From the NCBI GenBank assembly GCA_023205875.1, contig CP060772.1:186001-250000 (forward strand): a DNA stretch of 64,000 nt, read 5' to 3'. Below are positions 8,349 through 20,060 of the stretch, one piece after another. The stretch is from Chloropicon primus (lineage: Eukaryota). Every line of letters starts with the position of its first letter. Within the stretch, counting starts at the first letter, position 1. Made by a program: the position numbers and the translations under genes. Under the pieces are notes generated by a model, which was not told the DNA's origin, did no database searches, and was given only the letters and a program-made list of their open reading frames with translations.

Positions 8349-11012
8349 ATGCTGAGTCCACTGCTGGCTCAGGGTTCTCCAACGCCCCGGGGCTGGGGAA
8401 CGGCCAGGACGCGGCAGAGGGGTCGCGAGCCGTGCACGTGCGCGTGCGAGAGGAGTCAAGAGGCATCGTCGAGCTCGTTGCCATGTCACTGGAATGGGGG
8501 ACGACGACGGGTCAGTGGGCTTCCTGCCGTGCGGAGGAGGCGAAAGGTCGCGATGAAGGCCGGGGCTGACGCGTCCACCATGGTGGCAGGGGAGGCGCCT
8601 GGAGTGGAAGTGGATTCGATTCTGAGCGCCATGTCGTCGACGACGCTCTTGGCCTGCGAGTGGACGAGAGTTCTGGGCCAGGTCGGGCGCTTTGTCTGCA
8701 CCACGATGGCGAGGGAGAAGCTTCTGGGGGCAGAAGGAGGCCGGCTCGAATCGTTGCTGGAGGTGCTGCCTGCGTCGCAGTCGGCGGCGGAGGCGGAGGA
8801 GCTCCTGCTGCAGACCGAGCTTCTTCGGAAGTGCTACGACTCGCGGGGGGGAGGTGGGAGCGACGAAATCAAACGATGCGAACGGAACTTGGAAAGTCTG
8901 GGCGATGTTTCGGTGTGGCTGAGGATGATCGGAAGCTTGCCCGCGCTGCCTGGGAGGGAGGGCCAGCAAAGCGGATCCCAGACGAGGGGCTCAATGACCG
9001 TCCTGGACGTCAGGGAGACAGACGCTTGCGTCACCTGCATCGAGGACGCTTGCGAGTGCGTGAGAGGCACCGAAGCCCTTCTGCTTGGCGGAGGGGAAGG
9101 GAGACTGGGCAGCGAGGCATTCCAGAGGATGTACTCCATGGAGAGGGGGGCGCACTTGAAGGAAGTGGAGGATCTCGTGAGGGAGTGCAGGGACTGCGTC
9201 AAGCCAGGTCTGCTTTATCTGGATTCACGGGCCACCCAGGAGCTCTCACAGATTCGAGACCAGCTGAGGGACATCGAGACAAAGTTGCGAACGAGTCTCG
9301 AGGAGACAGCGCAGGAGCTCTTCGACGAGGGCCTGATGCCAGAAAAGCAAGTCGTCTTCCGGAGAGACCGGTACTGCATTCCGGTTAGGAGGGGCTTGCA
9401 GGGCGCAACTGCCGCTCTCAAGGGGTCGCTGACGTTGGGCGAAAGCAAGACGGGTCAAACGGTGTACGTCGAGCCAAAGTACTGCGTCCCGATGAACAAC
9501 AAGCTCATGAAGCTCAGGGCAGAGGAATCAAAAGAAGAGACCAAGGTCTTGAAGAAGTTGACAGAAAAGATCAGGAAGAAGTCCGAGCACGTCTTGAGAG
9601 TTTACGAGCAGGTCGTGGAGATCGACTTGATGCTCGCCAGAGCCAAGCATGCCGTTTGGATTGGTGGAAGCAGGCCAGAATTCGTGCGGCAGGCTGCTGG
9701 TGAGATGGCGGTTGACCTCCAAGGCGTTGTCCATCCCGTGCTGCTGGAGCAAGCCCTTGATGCCGTGGAGCAAGCAACGTCATCTGCGACTCGGGGAGAC
9801 CTCCCTGGGGTCTCTCCTGTCAACATCTCGATTCCTGGGAGCTGCAAGGTCCTCACCATCAGTGGCCCGAACACCGGTGGGAAGACAGCGACCATGAAGA
9901 CGATAGCCCTTTGCCTCCACATGGCCAAGTGCGGTCTGTACATTCGCACCGCTCCCGAAACAAGGCCAAGGATGGCGTTCTTCCAAGCCATCCTCGCCGA
10001 TATCGGCGACAACCAGAGCTTGGAGAGCAATCTGTCCACCTTTAGTTCGCACGTTACGCGGCTGAGAGACATCGTTCGAGTTGTGGAGGCGCTTGACTTT
10101 GATGGGTCGCTTGTTCTCCTGGATGAAGTTGGTTCGGGCACCAACCCCACGGAGGGGGCAGCCATTGCAGTTGCCCTCCTCAGGCACCTCAGCAAGTGGG
10201 CGTCTCTCACCGTGGCCACCACTCACTTCTCGGAGCTCAAGCAGCTTGCCGGGAGGGAGAAGAAGGAAGAGTGGCTGAACGCTTCCGTTGCGTTTGACAT
10301 GGACACCCTCCGCCCCACCTACCAGATTCTGCTGGGAGAGAGCGGGGCCAGCAATGCCATGCACATCGCGCGGGCCATCGGCTTGGATGGCGGCATCCTG
10401 AAGGAGGCCGAGCTGGAGCTGAGTGGGATGCAATCTTTCGATGCCGTGGACGTGGACGAGGGCAACATCTCCATGGTCTACGACTCGCTGACGAGGCAAG
10501 AGAAGAAGGCTCGGGAGCTGGCAGAGCGAGCCAAGGGCTACATGGCCAGGCTCCGGGACGACATTGCCTCCCTCCAAGCGGTGGCGGTGGACGATCCCGC
10601 TTGCGCGGACGGGGAGCTGGGCGAAGACTTTGTGCATGAGATGCGATCGATGCTGGCCAAGGAGGAGGAAGACTTTTACTCGAGCTGCGTGGCCTGCGTG
10701 GACCAGGCCCTCGCCCTCTACGAGTCGAGGGAGTGGGACCATTCGAGAACGGATGCTTTCCTGAGGACGATCGAGAGGGGCGTGAGGAGGAGGACGACGG
10801 AGCTCGCTGTCGCAGCGCAAGTGAAGGAGGTCTCGGTGGAGGCGGAGGCGGACAATGCCCTGTGGTTCCCGAAGAAGGGCGATAGGGTCAAGCTGAAGAG
10901 GCTTGGCGGGACGAAGGCCACCGTCGTCGGCTTCAACAAGACGAATCAGACGGTCACCGTCCGGAAGGGAACGATAACAATGACGTGCACGCTGGGTGAT
11001 CTCAGCAGATGA
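8349..11012 (+). CDS. mutS2: MutS2-family ATPase, probably plastid-targeted; C-terminal KOW-like domain, no Smr domain
   Basis: ISGPNTGGKT Walker A, DIGDNQSLESNLSTFSSH, LLDEVGSGTNPTEG, TTHFSEL, SNAMHIARAIGL; first ATG at 8349. Confidence 0.9.
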   Translation: MLSPLLAQGSPTPRGWGTARTRQRGREPCTCACERSQEASSSSLPCHWNGGRRRVSGLPAVRRRRKVAMKAGADASTMVAGEAPGVEVDSILSAMSSTTLLACEWTRVLGQVGRFVCTTMAREKLLGAEGGRLESLLEVLPASQSAAEAEELLLQTELLRKCYDSRGGGGSDEIKRCERNLESLGDVSVWLRMIGSLPALPGREGQQSGSQTRGSMTVLDVRETDACVTCIEDACECVRGTEALLLGGGEGRLGSEAFQRMYSMERGAHLKEVEDLVRECRDCVKPGLLYLDSRATQELSQIRDQLRDIETKLRTSLEETAQELFDEGLMPEKQVVFRRDRYCIPVRRGLQGATAALKGSLTLGESKTGQTVYVEPKYCVPMNNKLMKLRAEESKEETKVLKKLTEKIRKKSEHVLRVYEQVVEIDLMLARAKHAVWIGGSRPEFVRQAAGEMAVDLQGVVHPVLLEQALDAVEQATSSATRGDLPGVSPVNISIPGSCKVLTISGPNTGGKTATMKTIALCLHMAKCGLYIRTAPETRPRMAFFQAILADIGDNQSLESNLSTFSSHVTRLRDIVRVVEALDFDGSLVLLDEVGSGTNPTEGAAIAVALLRHLSKWASLTVATTHFSELKQLAGREKKEEWLNASVAFDMDTLRPTYQILLGESGASNAMHIARAIGLDGGILKEAELELSGMQSFDAVDVDEGNISMVYDSLTRQEKKARELAERAKGYMARLRDDIASLQAVAVDDPACADGELGEDFVHEMRSMLAKEEEDFYSSCVACVDQALALYESREWDHSRTDAFLRTIERGVRRRTTELAVAAQVKEVSVEAEADNALWFPKKGDRVKLKRLGGTKATVVGFNKTNQTVTVRKGTITMTCTLGDLSR

Positions 11013-11056
11013 AGAAGCCGGTGCGATGATGGATGTTGGATGATGGATCCTCTCTC

Positions 11057-11677
11057 TCTCCCCTCCCTCCTCTGTCTGATCAAAAGAAGCCTGATCATCT
11101 GTCTCTCTACTAAAGGGTAACTGAAGCAAAAGAAGCCAAATCATCATCCAAGCAAAGTAACCGATGCATCTCCTCCCTCCTCTCCCTCCTCTGTCTGATC
11201 CAAAGAAGCCTGATCATCATCCAAGCAAAGTAACCGATGCATCTCCTCCCTCCTCTCCCTCCTCTCCCTCTGTCTGATCCAAAGAAGCCAAATCATCATC
11301 CAAGCAAAGTAACCGATGCATCTCCTCCCTCCTCTCCCTCCTCTCCCTCTGTCTGATCCAAAGAAGCCTGATCATCATCCAAGCAAAGTAACCGATGCAT
11401 CTCCTCCCTCCTCTCCCTCCTCTGTCTGATCCAAAGAAGCCTGATCATCATCCAAGCAAAGTAACCGATGCAACCTCTCCCTCCTCTCCCTCTGTCTGAT
11501 CCAAAGAAGCCTGATCATCATCCAAGCAAAGTAACCGATGCAACCTCTCCCTCCTCTCCCTCCTCTCCCTCTGTCTGATCCAAAGAAGCCTGATCATCAT
11601 CCAAGCAAAGTAACCGATGCAACCTCTCCCTCCTCTCCCTCCTCTCCCTCTGTCTGATCCAAAGAAGCCTGATCATC
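11057..11677. repeat. Minisatellite, 7 units of about 70-79 bp plus a partial unit
   Basis: CCAAGCAAAGTAACCGATGC recurs near 11149, 11221, 11300, 11379, 11452, 11522, 11601, each followed by a variable (CCTCTCCCT)n tract and TGTCTGATCCAAAGAAGCC. Confidence 0.92.
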
Positions 11678-11680
11678 TTA

Positions 11681-11715
<35 letters not shown>

Positions 11716-11892
11716 AGGGAGAAGGGAGGACGAGGAAGAGGACGAGGGTGGCGGAGGGTTCGACAAAAGGAAGCGTCTCATTACGAGCTTTCCGTGGACC
11801 CCTCGATTGAAGGATTTGGTGTCCTGTGGAGGATTGGAACCCACGGGAGATGATTGGAGGAAGTGGAAGATGAAGAAGACGCAGTGGTGAGG

Positions 11893-12913
11893 ATGTCGCT
11901 GGCTGCTGAGGAGATCTTGGAGCTGAGCGAGCAAGTGTTGCGAAGCTCGAACAAGGTGAAAGGAATCGAAGCGGAGATGGTCACAGCCATTGCTCTCATC
12001 GAAAGCAGTGGAAACGTCAAGGCTTATCGGTACGAGGAGCACCTAGGAGAAGCTTCTTCTGGATTAACCCAACTGCTGCAAAGTACGGCGAAGGTAAATG
12101 CGATTCTTTCGCTCTTTGATCTCGACGTCATGCGCATCTCCTCTCTCCTCTCTCTCTCTCTCTTTCTCTCTTCTGCCTCTTTTTCTCACACACACACACT
12201 TCTGCCTGACCCTCTGCCTGACTCTCTCTCTCTCTGTCTCTCTCTCTGATGCATGGACACTTGTCTTGTCTTCTCCTTGCCGCTTGCTGCTTGATGGCTT
12301 GGGTCGCACGCACGCGTAACGCACGGCGGACTGGACAAATGGCTCCTCTCCTTCCCTTTTTGGTTTTACTTCCTCCACTTCTCTTGCTCAGTGGCTAGCC
12401 GAGGACCTTTCCTATGATGAGTACGAGTTGGACCTCTACCAGCCTGCATCATCCCTGTACTTCTGTGCCGCTTATCTTTGCTGGCTCAAAACATACAAGA
12501 GCGTTACCCGGTCGGATGAGTTCGTCGTTCGCGGGTATAACGGTAAGCTTTGCCCTTGTGCATCTTCTTGCAGATGGATCTGGATGGAGCTCTCATTGCT
12601 TCCATTGGTTTAGGACACCTCCTCACCCATCACTGCGACCTCATGCCTCTTCCTCTCTTCCTTTGGAGCAGGTGGACCCAACGGCGTGAACCTTGAGGCA
12701 ACGGTGCCGTACTGGAACAAGTACAAGCAAGCCCTCGAGACAGTTTTATCCTTGGGCACACAAGGAGCAAAGAAACAACGTGTGATCTGCCCAGGGGATA
12801 CGTTCTACGGCATCGCAAAGGACTTGGGCATCGCACTGGAGGACCTCTTGGCCGCGAACGCTGGAGTGGATCCTACCAAACTCGTCGTTGGGCAAGCGAT
12901 CAACTTGCCCTGA
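11893..12913 (+). CDS. Lytic transglycosylase (SLT) domain + C-terminal LysM protein; exons 11893-12093, 12392-12542, 12672-12913
   Basis: GT-AG splicing joins three short ORFs in frame; SLT motifs IESS, GLTQL, GYNGG; LysM 'ICPGDTFYGIAKDLGIALEDLLAANAGVDPTKLVVGQAINLP'. Confidence 0.85.
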
Positions 12914-12918
12914 CGAGG

Positions 12919-12950
<32 letters not shown>

Positions 12951-13004
12951 CGATGGCGCCTTGGAAGTGTGTGAAGTAATTTTCTGTGTATTAGAAAAAA
13001 AGTT

Positions 13005-13221
13005 CTAAAGCTGCTCACAAGTGAACTCCTGCGTCTCCACGTTGGTAATCCCTTCGATCGCCTTGAGCTTCCCGAGGAACTCTGTCAAAGGGACGGGACC
13101 AAATCAAAACAGAGAAGAGAAAAGAGAAGAAGAAGATCTCACGCGTTCAGCACAAGTTCATGAGAGAAGGAACTCCTTTGCATCGATCACCATCAACCAC
13201 TTAAGGAGGCGGAGGGACACG

Positions 13222-13255
<34 letters not shown>

Positions 13256-13718
13256 CCTTCTCCTCTGCATCTCTCGTCCCATTCTCTCTGCCTCGCCTCG
13301 TTCTCCTTCACTATAAAGCCAATCGAGTCAACCGAGGGCTCGATGGAAAGCCAAGACGATGAAGCTTCTATCTAAACCACTCCCCGCTCCCTCACTCCTC
13401 TCCCTCTTTCAAAGTTCCTCCCCTCCTTCTCACTCCCTCACCTTCCTCTGGAGCGTAGCCCTTGGCCTTCCAAGTGTCGTGGTCCGCAGCCGGTTGGTTG
13501 ACGATGACTTTGAAGTCAGCGCATCCTCCGCAAACGATTCTCGTCACCTCAGCGCCAGCAAGTCCCTTGAGTTGTGGCAAGTACTCGTTCAACAAAGCTT
13601 GTGCTCTTGTCAACGCTTCACTTGTTCCTGGTCCGCCGTCTTTTCCCATGGCGTATTTGCAGCGCCACTCCCTCGCCACTTTGGTGAAGCTCACTCCAGT
13701 GCTGCCGATCTCTACCAT
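13005..13718 (-). CDS. Small uncharacterised protein; exons 13718-13442 and 13081-13005
   Basis: ATG ORF with REWRCK and VCGGCADFKV; GTGAG...CAG intron splices in frame to EFLGKLKAIEGITNVETQEFTCEQL*. Confidence 0.75.
13297..13396. repeat. Dispersed ~100-bp repeat, copy 1 (intronic)
   Basis: Near-identical to 30377-30476 (CTCGTTCTCCTTCACTATAAAG...CGCTCCCTCACT). Confidence 0.85.
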
Positions 13719-13884
13719 CTTCCTCTTCTTCCCTTCGCTTCCCTTCGCTCTTCCTCTTCGTGTCGCTCGCCGCTCCTCGCTTGCTTTTGCTTTTGGAAAG
13801 CAAAGGTGGTGATGATGGTGGTGGAGGAGAGGATCATGATTGATCTATTTTATGTGTCTCACATCTATCGCTGACAGGCTAAAA

Positions 13885-13885
<1 letters not shown>

Positions 13886-13942
<57 letters not shown>

Positions 13943-13966
13943 GAGCAGCAGCAGCAGCAGCAGCAG
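13886..13966. repeat. (AC)n followed by (CAG)n microsatellites
   Basis: Seen directly. Confidence 0.9.
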
Positions 13967-14125
13967 GGTAGGCTTTTGACTGGTGTCCCTTTCTCTTGCT
14001 TCAGCTCTAATATGGGTAATGTCCCTGTTGTTACAGATGATTCACTTGTTTGATCCTACAATATCTCACACACTCTCCCAACAGTTTGTATTGCGGCGAG
14101 TCGATCGATCGGCGAGCTCATCTCT

Positions 14126-16126
14126 CTAGTCTCTCGACATGGCCTTTTCCCTTCGGTCCATCTCCGCCGCTTCTCGCGTCGAGAAGGTCAGCCTGAAGGG
14201 GCCAAAAGGTGGCCGCCAGACCTCTACCCTCGCGCCAGGGGACGCAATGGTATGCGACGCTCGATAGACCATCTCTTTGACCTCCAACCAACAATCCGTG
14301 GGAAACTTTTTGCCCGACGGGCCCGTCTCCTCCTCCGCCACCAGGCCGTCGGAAGTCGCCACCGAGCTGCTCCTGCTCGTCGTAATGTCGCATTCGTCGC
14401 TGTCAATAGCCGTGGAATGACCTGTGCTCTTGTCAGACTGCCTCCTATCCAATGGGCTAGAGCTCGTGAACCATCCCTGCATCTTTTGCATGATGCCCTC
14501 CATCAAGCTCCTCTTTTCAGGCCTCTTCTTTTTCTTCTGACTGTACAATGGCGCGAAGATCTCCTCTAACCTCTCTTCCGACTGCTCCCTTGCGACCCAA
14601 GGGTGGTCATAGATCTGGTCCAGCTTGATGCGCTGGCTGATGTCGAAACGAAGCATCCGGTTGAGGAGATCAATGACCTCGTCAGAGAGCTCGCTTTTGC
14701 CCAAGTCATTCTTGAGCAAGTCCGTCTTCACCCTTGAAGGGATTCTTTTCAAGATCTCCATGCTGCCCTTGCCGTTGAAGTCGGGGAACGGGAACTTCCC
14801 CCTCAACATGTAGTACAGCATGATGCCCATGCTCCAGACATCTACGGCCGTGCCGTCGTACCCATCAATGCAAAATTCCCTGGCAACGATCTCTCGCGCC
14901 ACGTACATGGGGGAGCCCACCCTGGTTCTGCAGCGCGCGAATACGACATCGCTGGGGTCCAAATCGTCCAGGGGCAAGGGGTCGGCCTTCTTCTCGAAGT
15001 CAGAGACCGCGCTGTCAGCGATGGAGTCCCCCTCCGTGTCACCAGAGTCCTCCCCGACATCCTCGTCCTTCTTCTTCCTCTCCGGCGGAGTGATCCAGTG
15101 CTTGGAGAGGCCAAAGTCACAGATCTTCAGCTCGGGGGGCTTGACCGCCGTGTCGATCAAAACGTTCGTCAGCTTCAGATCCCTGTGAGCGATGTGGTGC
15201 CTGTGGCAGTACGAAACGCCACTGAGAACCTGCTTGAAAAAGTAGAGGGCCCTCTCCTCATCCAGGTGCTTCCTGAACTTTTCATCGCGGGGCTTCCTGC
15301 TCAGCACGTAAAGACCCTGCGCGACGCCGTCGTCGTCGTCTTGCTTCTTTTTCGAGCTTCTTCTGCTGGCCGATTTCTTCTTTGACTCGGACCTCGAGCT
15401 CTCAGTCCCCCTGTGCGGGAAGAGGATTCTCTCTGGGATGGGGTACTCCTTGATGTAACCGTAGAGCTCCCCACCCTTCACGAGCTCCATCACCAGGCCA
15501 ATGTGGGTGGCGCTAAGGTACACTCCGCTCAGCTGCACGAGGTTGGGGTGATTCAAGGCACATTGCATGATGATCTCCGCGGCCACCCTGCTGGGATTGA
15601 ACTTGCGTACTTTTGATTTGTTTCTTCTTCGAGCCGCCTTTTTGGCATCTTCTCCTCTGTTCCCTCGCAGGCTGTCGAGCTTGCTCCTCAGCGATTGCAA
15701 ACTCGCTCCCATGGGCTTGTCCGAGTGCCTTGCGATGACTTTCAGAGCAACCTGGGGCCGAGAGAAGGAGAGGACAGGTCAGCTGATCTCCCTGTGTGTG
15801 CGTGTGTGAGGGAGACGCGCCGTGTCCCTTGGGGCGCGACTTACCTCCTCGCCCGTGACGACGTCTCTGCAATGCCACGTCTGTCCTTCCGACCCCTCGC
15901 CGAGGACTTGCTTGAAGATGAAATGCTCTCCAAGTCCAAACTTTCCCCTGGACCTTCCTCCGTAGCCCTTGCCAATCTTTCCCTTCCCGTCAAGCCAGGA
16001 TGACTCTGGGAACGCCGCTGCGAAGTGGGACCCCGAGGAGGCAGACTTGCCGATGGACGCCTCGTCGTACGACGACGCGCCGTGAATGGCATCGTCGCCG
16101 TGCCTTCCCTTGCCGCTTCCATTCAT
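14126..16126 (-). CDS. Ser/Thr protein kinase (CAMK/SnRK-like); exons 16126-15845 and 15751-14126
   Basis: Splicing joins LGEGSEGQT...TGEE to VALKVI; HRDLKLTN, ICDFG, GSPMYVARE, DVWSMG. Confidence 0.9.
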
Positions 16127-16613
16127 CACTACGAAAAAGAAAGCGCGAACGATGGAAGGACTCGAAGAACCTAGTCTAGGGTTGTAGCTGGTGGAGCCCT
16201 CAGCCTCCCAAGGAAAGCGAATGAGCAGCAGCGACCAAAAAAAAAAAAAAAAAAAGCAAAAGCTCGGAGACACAAGTCTTGAGGCTCCCGAGTCTGTCGA
16301 GAGGATCCACAGATGCAAAGAGACTCCGCGTCTACCTCTCTCTCTCTCTCTCTCTCTCTCCGCGGACCGAGGCCACGGCCTCTCGTAGGGTTTGTTTGGG
16401 GTTTGAAGCGTTACATTCGGAGACGTTACGTTAGATTGAGAGATTGGCCTTTTGGACGAGCGAGCGAGAAAGGGGGATCGATTGATTGCGATTGCGATGC
16501 TTGAATCAATGGGATGGATCTCTCCTCATCATCCACGTTGCTCCTGTTGTCCTCTACCCATTGGTTTGTTTGTCTCTGTGGCGTCTTTCTCCTTGCTCTC
16601 CTTGGCTTAGGTG

Positions 16614-16652
<39 letters not shown>

Positions 16653-17367
16653 GAGCGAGGTATCGAAGGAAGCACAAGATAGGGAGAGAGAGGAGTGGCA
16701 GGGGGAAAGAGAAGCGATGGTGGAGGGAGAGAGAGAAGGCGTTGATGCTCCGGTGACACCTTGACGCACATGGTCCCCCTTCTCTCTCTTTCTCTTTTAG
16801 TGGTCCTCCTCTTTTGGTGTATGATGATGATGATGTGGCGCACAAGGAAAAGGGGGGGATCAAAGACAGAGACAGAGATAGATGTCATCGATCACCATCG
16901 TCATGCACCATGCATCATGATCCCTCCCCCGCTCCCACGTTCCCTTGCCTCTCTCTTAAGACAAAGCTGAGAGTTATGACCTATCCGTGACTGGAAAGGA
17001 AAGTGAGGGATCAAACAAAAACACAAAAGAAGAGAAAGACAAAAGAGAAAGACAAAAGAGAAAGAAAGATTATGAAAGACGAGAGGACGGCAATGATCAT
17101 GCCGCCATCCCTCTTCCTCTTCCTCTTCCTCTTCCTCTTCCTCTCTCTCTCTTCAAAAGATATTCGTTGAAGATTTAAAAATGATTTTCTATTTTTTCCG
17201 TTGATCAGATTCAAAAAAGTCTGGAGTCCCAAGGTGAGACCTTTGGCGAGCCTTGTGGAGGACATTAGGGAAGGAGGTCGAGGCAAGACGGGGAGAAGGT
17301 TCTCACAAGACGAGAGTAGACCCTGAGATCTTTCTTTTGATACCTCACTTGAAGCATTTGACGAAAG

Positions 17368-19390
17368 ATGACGTCTGCTGTGGGAATGATGTCTGAGACA
17401 GCTCACAAGGTTCACATGTCCACCACCATGCCACACTACGTGGCTGGCGTCACTGGGACCGGAAAAACGAATGCACAGATCACTCCGCGTGCGATGGACG
17501 TCCCATCCACGAGTGGAGTGAGTCCTGGGCCGATGATGGAGCAGAAGGGCGGTGAAGTTGCGAATTATTATAGGGAGAGAGGGGAGCTTGTGCCTCACGA
17601 GGCTCACGGTGTGTGGATTGCGACAAACTTGTGGAAGAAGATGAGGAAGGAGCTCGCTGCGAGAGAGAGGCAAGTGGAGGACCTTCAGGCCGAGCACAAG
17701 CAAGAGATGCTCAAGCTGATCGAATCCACAAACCATGTGAATATTAGGAACAGGGAGCTGACTGACCAGCTTGCCAGAGTGGAGAATATCCACCTGCAGA
17801 AGCAGAAGCAGCTTGAGGAGCAAATCACGGACCTTCACTCTCGTTTGGACAGTGCCATACGCTCCTCGGAGAAGCAAAAGTTCGAGCACGAGGCGGAGAT
17901 CGATTACTTGACGAGGTACGAAGGCATTCTTTCATCCAATCCAATCCAATCCGATCATTCCATTTCCTTGTTGCTTGCCCTTGCTTGCGTGACCACGTGT
18001 GCTGACCTTCCGCTTGACCTCGTTCCACCTCCTTGCCTTGTGTTCTTCGGCGTGTCCTCTCTCCTGCAGGCTGCTGAGTGAGCGGCATGAGGCAGACGAG
18101 CAGGTGAAGGTGCTGCAGCAGCAGCTGGACGAGGCCGTCCTCAAGGTGAAGCTGGAGAAGCACAGGTGCACGGTGAGCGTGAACCGCACGAAAGTATTGG
18201 AGAAGGAGATTGAGTTCTTCAAGGACCAGCACGTCCGGAACAAGCAGAAGACGCAGGAGCTGGAGGAGCGAAACAGGGAGGTGGTGAAGCAGGTCACGGT
18301 GAACAAGCAAGAGATCCAGAAGTACAAGGACAAGGTCAAGCTCGCATCGAGGCCGAACGAGATCTTGAAGAGGGAGAAGGACAGGTACAAGGGAGATTGC
18401 CAGAGGCTGATGTATCTCCTGGAGTCGAGCGAGCACAAGCGACTCGCCAAGGAGCTCCAGAGAGCCGGATCGATGCACTACGTCTCTCTGGCGGACTGCT
18501 TGTACGTGGAAGGCGTGAACAGCGAGAAGTACGCCTCCCTCGGGGACAGGCCTGCTCTCGCTAACCTGGAGAGAAACAATTGGGTTCCTTCCAAGGCTCT
18601 GGACCTCGTCAAAGATTTCACTCAGGAGTATCCATCCTTGAACTTGCCTCTGCAGCCCTTCACGGTGCTGCTGCTGCAGCTGAACAAGGTGTGGAAGCTC
18701 AAGGAGAAGTCCATCCTCAAGTCAAAGTCTCTCGAGGTGGAGAAGAAGTACGCCAAGCTGAAGCGGATGACGGAGAACACTAAGCCTTACAAGCTTGTGA
18801 TCTGCAAGGAGAAGGTGAAGCACCTGAAGAAGGAATTGACCACGACCAAGGTCAAGTGCGAGAAGCTGGACAAGATGAAGAAGAGTTTCAAGAATGCCAA
18901 TGACGAGCACACGCGTCTCTTGCTGCAGTGCGGCGTCGGCACCATCAAGAACTTGGACTCCCAGCTCAAGGGCGCCAAGGTGAAGAACAAGAAGCTGTCG
19001 AAGAAGCTGACCAAGATCTCGACCTTGGCAAAGCAGAAGCAGAAGGACCTGCTGGAGAGGGAGGAGAGCCAGGCAGGACGCGTTGGAGGCGCGGAGGGAG
19101 ATTCGATGAAGGAGCTCCTGGAGGAGCTGCAGAGGTCTCACGAGGACGTTGTCGCCCTCAGCAGCGTGGCGTCGTCGGGAGGGGAGGAGGAGGACGAGGA
19201 GGGGAGGGTATTCCCAGAGGGGAGGGTTCCCGCGGACGACGACCTCGTGTCGGTTCTCTACCCCGAGGACTCCAAGTCTGACATCCTCGACCAGGCCCTG
19301 GTGAGGAAGGAGCAGATGGAGGTCCAAAAGAAGCACAGGTCCGGGGGAAGAACCAGATCCAGATCCAGATCCAGATCCAAGTCAAAGTGA
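17368..19390 (+). CDS. Coiled-coil protein of unknown function; exons 17368-17915 and 18070-19390
   Basis: Two K/E/Q-rich ORFs joined in frame by a GTACG...CTGCAG intron. Confidence 0.75.
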
Positions 19391-20060
19391 ACCTCTACCC
19401 TCCAGCAAGCATCCCAGTACCAAACACAAAAACACAAACACATCACGTACCTTTGTAACACATGATATATATTTTGCATCCAATCACCCAGGGTGGCGGG
19501 CTCTTTAGAAAGGGGAAGAGGAGAGGGAGGAGACCATGATGTCATCAAAAGCCTTCCTTCTCTTGCCCTTGCCTCCTCACCACACTCACTCTCACCACTA
19601 TCCTCCTCATTCTCATTCTCACTGTCCTTTTCATCGAGTGAGGGCTCTTTGGAAGCAGGAAGAGAGAGAGAGAGCAAGGGGAATGCACAATGCAAGAGAC
19701 CGCCCCCTCTTCCCTCACCATCCTCCTCCTCCTCCTCCTCCTCATCATCCTCATCACCCTCACCCACCACTGGCGGGCCTTTGCCCCGTCCCGCCCCTCT
19801 TAAAATTCAAAATCGAGGCGTTTCTGCGTCAGGAGAAAGAGTGAGTAAAAACGTTTGCATGAGGAGGTCGACGACGGGGGACGGGGCGAGGTGCGAGGCA
19901 AGGGAGGGTACTCGTGTCATTGGCTTATTCCTCACCTCGTCCTCTTTCGTTCGACCCCTCGCACGAAAAAATTGATGGACTCTTGATACTGAAGCTCTCT
20001 TCGGCGGTTACAGGAGAAGGAAGGTTCTAACGTGCGTGCTGTCGTTGTGCTTGCTCAGGT

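Noticed and set aside
11141..11677. CRISPR-like repeat/spacer appearance
   Set aside because: Intervening segments are the same CT tract, not unique spacers; no cas genes; eukaryotic context
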